Position numbers and translations under genes: made by a program. Shown here piece by piece: positions 56,888 to 64,000 of a DNA stretch of 64,000 nt; position 1 is the stretch's first letter, and each line of letters begins with the position of its first letter. The notes below the pieces were generated by a model that was not told the DNA's origin, did no database searches, and saw nothing but the letters and a program-made list of their open reading frames with translations. The stretch covers positions 46,810,001 through 46,874,000 of the forward strand of contig OZ024743.1 in assembly GCA_964016885.1 (NCBI GenBank), given 5' to 3'. The stretch comes from Eledone cirrhosa (Eukaryota).

Positions 56888-56981
56888 ATCACTCTTGCCT
56901 CAAGTGGGACTACCCCCGTCCAAACCCATGCAAGCGTGGAACACGGACGTTAAACGTTGATGATGATGATGATGATGATGA

Positions 56982-56982
<1 letters not shown>
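56888..56982 (+). mobile_element. RTE family A 3' end (continuation of 52000-53168)
   Basis: ATCACTCTTGCCTCAAG... to (GAT)n. Confidence 0.85.
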
Positions 56983-58798
<1,816 letters not shown>

Positions 58799-58851
58799 AA
58801 TAAAATAAAGTTAAATAAAAGTCAAATGATTAAAATTTAGCTTCGTTTATT

Positions 58852-58906
58852 ACTGCTATATATATTTCAGTGACAGCCATCTTTGGCTGTGACCTCTTCA
58901 GGCAGT
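58852..58906 (-). ncRNA. Minimal type I hammerhead ribozyme
   Basis: Inverted copy of 59119-59173. Confidence 0.8.
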
Positions 58907-59118
58907 TTGAATAAGTATGGTATAGACAAGTACATATGTTGTTTAGGTGTATGATATTGTCAATACTCTGATATGCCCAGTTCCTTGCTGGGTTGTTAAT
59001 TCACTGGGAACAGTTCCCCAGTGAATTAACAACCCAGCAAGGAACTGGACATATCAGAGTATTGACAATATCATACACCTAAACAACATATGTACTTGTC
59101 TATACCATACTTATTCAA

Positions 59119-59173
59119 ACTGCCTGAAGAGGTCACAGCCAAAGATGGCTGTCACTGAAATATATATAGCAGT
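59119..59173 (+). ncRNA. Minimal type I hammerhead ribozyme
   Basis: ACTGC-CTGAAGA-GGTCACAGCCA-aaga-TGGCTGTCACT-GAAA-TATATATA|GCAGT. Confidence 0.82.
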
Positions 59174-59322
59174 AATAAACGAAGCTAAATTTTAATCATT
59201 TGACTTTTATTTAACTTTATTTTACACTACTCCGGAGTAACCAAACCAACCTGCGCACTTGGTCGAGTGCTCCAGCCTGCATACTGAGGTGTTGGTATAC
59301 AACCAACATAAACTCTAAATCT

Positions 59323-59403
59323 ATATATATATACATATACATATATATATACATATATATACATATATATATATACATATATATATATACGTATATATAC
59401 ATA

Positions 59404-59435
<32 letters not shown>

Positions 59436-59886
59436 CATATACATATATATATATACATATATATACATATATATATATACATATACATATACATATATAT
59501 ATATACATATATATACATATATATATATACATATATATACATATATATATATACATATATATACATATATATATATACATATATATACATATATATATAT
59601 ACATATATATACATATATATATATACATATATATATATACGTATATATACATATATATACATATATATATATACATATATATATATACATATACATATAT
59701 ATATATACATATATATATATATACATATATATACATATACATATATATACATATATATATATACATATATATACATATATATATATACATATATATACAT
59801 ATATATATATACATATATATACATATATATATATACATATATATACATATATATATATACATATATATACATACATATATATATAT
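59323..59886. repeat. (TA)nCA microsatellite
   Basis: Seen directly. Confidence 0.95.
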
Positions 59887-61425
59887 CATCATCATCATCA
59901 TCATCAACGTTTAACGTCCGTGTTCCACGCTTGCATGGGTTTGGACGGGGGTAGTCCCACTTGAGGCAAGAGTGATTGTCTTGCTCGCATAGGACTGTCT
60001 GGCAGGTTTTCTACAGTTGGATGCCCTTCCTAACACCAACCACATTTACAGTGTGGGTCTGGGAGGTTTTTACCGTGTTGCCTACACGGCCACATTACAG
60101 CGTGGACTGTGTGTTTTTTTGTCGTGACACCTACACGATCTCATTTGTTTCGGCCTGGATGGCGCGGCACCAACATAACTTTACATAGAACGGGGTGGTG
60201 TGGATGGGGTGGGGGTGGCGGCGGGAGGGGTGTATTTTGTTAGAGATGCCTACTGGCAAGGCGGGTCTTCTCTGTTACTGAGTACCGCCAAAGGTCACGG
60301 TCCAGTGACATTGTCTTGGAGAGGTGTAAGTGTGTGAGGTCGGAGTTTATCAGCTCATCCCATGTTTTTCTAGGTCTGCCTATTCCGTGGCTACCGTCTA
60401 TCTTTATTGCCCTGCACTTTGTAATACAGCTATCGACTTTCATGCGCATCACGTGTCCATACCAACGCAGCCTTCTCTCGAGTAAACAACATCTGATCCC
60501 TCTTATCTCTAATTTTTTCCTTAGTTCGTTTATGCTTTGCCGTTCACGTATATTACTGTTACACATCCAGCGGAGCATGCAAGCTTCGTTCCTCTCTAGT
60601 CTGCGTATATCCTCTGCACACAATGCCCAGGTCTCACTACCATGCAACATTGCTGTTCGTATGCAGGCATCGTACAACCTGCCTTTCATTTTTAGGGAGA
60701 ACCCTTTAGCAGCTAATAGTGGTATAAGCTCTCTGAACTTTTTCCAACCAGTTCTGACTCTAGCTACAGTACTTTCAGAGCACCCTCCCCCACTGCTGAT
60801 TTTATCGCCCAGGTAACGGAAGCTGTCCACTATTTCTATAAAACCCTCTGCGCAATTGAAAGAGCTAGTATTTTGTGGGCACTTGCTGCTACTTATTGCA
60901 CCAGAACACCGGCCACATGTAAAGTCTATGTTCTTAGTTAGCTTACCTGTGATCCCACTACATCTTTTATGCACCCATACTTTGCATTTAGGACATAAGA
61001 TGGAGTTTCTACCTACGCCTTTCCTACATACCGAGCACGACCATTTCCCAGAAGGGACCGCCGCCTTGTTTTCTTTCCTACAAACTAGAACTTTGGTCTT
61101 AGCCAGGTTAATTTTAAGTCCTTTTGACTCTAGGCCGTGCTTCCATGTTTGGAATTTCTTCTCTAGCTCGGCCATTGATTCCGCTATGAGTGTCAGGTCG
61201 TCTGCGTATAGGAGTTCCCATGGGCAGCCTGTCTTGAACTCCTCTGTTATAGCCTGAAGGGCAACAATAAATAGTAGGGGGCTGAGAACAGAGCCCTGAT
61301 GGACGCCAACTTTTACGCTAAACTCTTCACTATATTCGTTGTTAATTCTAACCTTGCTGACTGTTTCTTTATACATGGCTTGTATAGCCCTCACAAGCCA
61401 TTCGTCAACGCCTAGTTTTCTAAGA
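59886..61425 (-). mobile_element. RTE family A, 5'-truncated, 28-bp deletion variant
   Basis: LRKLGVDEW...RLASRHL; (CAT)n tail. Confidence 0.95.

Positions 61426-64000
<2,575 letters not shown>

Larger units (their letters stand above)
58801..59322. mobile_element. Inverted-pLTR-only PLE insertion (208-bp-arm palindrome + ~95-bp tail)
   Basis: 58801-59008 is the reverse complement of 59017-59224, with one mismatch noticed. Confidence 0.8.

Overview
Eukaryotic, repeat-dominated DNA. It is most likely from an octopus-like cephalopod, inferred from the tRNA/CORE SINE types, (GAT)n-tailed RTE LINEs and very long TA tracts. The only convincing host coding sequence is a >2.3-kb minus-strand exon (2299 to <1) encoding a Q/E-rich low-complexity protein; the rest looks intronic or intergenic. 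Two large retroelement nests (about 2.7-23.7 kb and 43.8-64 kb) sit in (TA)n arrays punctuated by locus-specific motifs (TAATGCA; CCGAAC[C/T]CAGCA; CA). At clean junctions the motif+TA unit equals the target-site duplication. The nests hold about 14 copies or stubs of two young RTE families, both with a C4HC3 PHD-like finger inside the RT domain. They also hold partner SINEs, a Penelope-like element (RT + GIY-YIG) with inverted pLTRs, and several hammerhead-ribozyme elements. These include a terminally redundant 591-nt retrozyme-like unit with a U3-A8 core and a 208-bp-arm palindrome with two minimal hammerheads. The middle region (24-43 kb) has older relics: CsRn1-like Gypsy, CR1-like, RTE, mariner, Helitron, SINEs and MITEs. 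Coordinates were read by eye and may be off by a few bases; no database searches were run.
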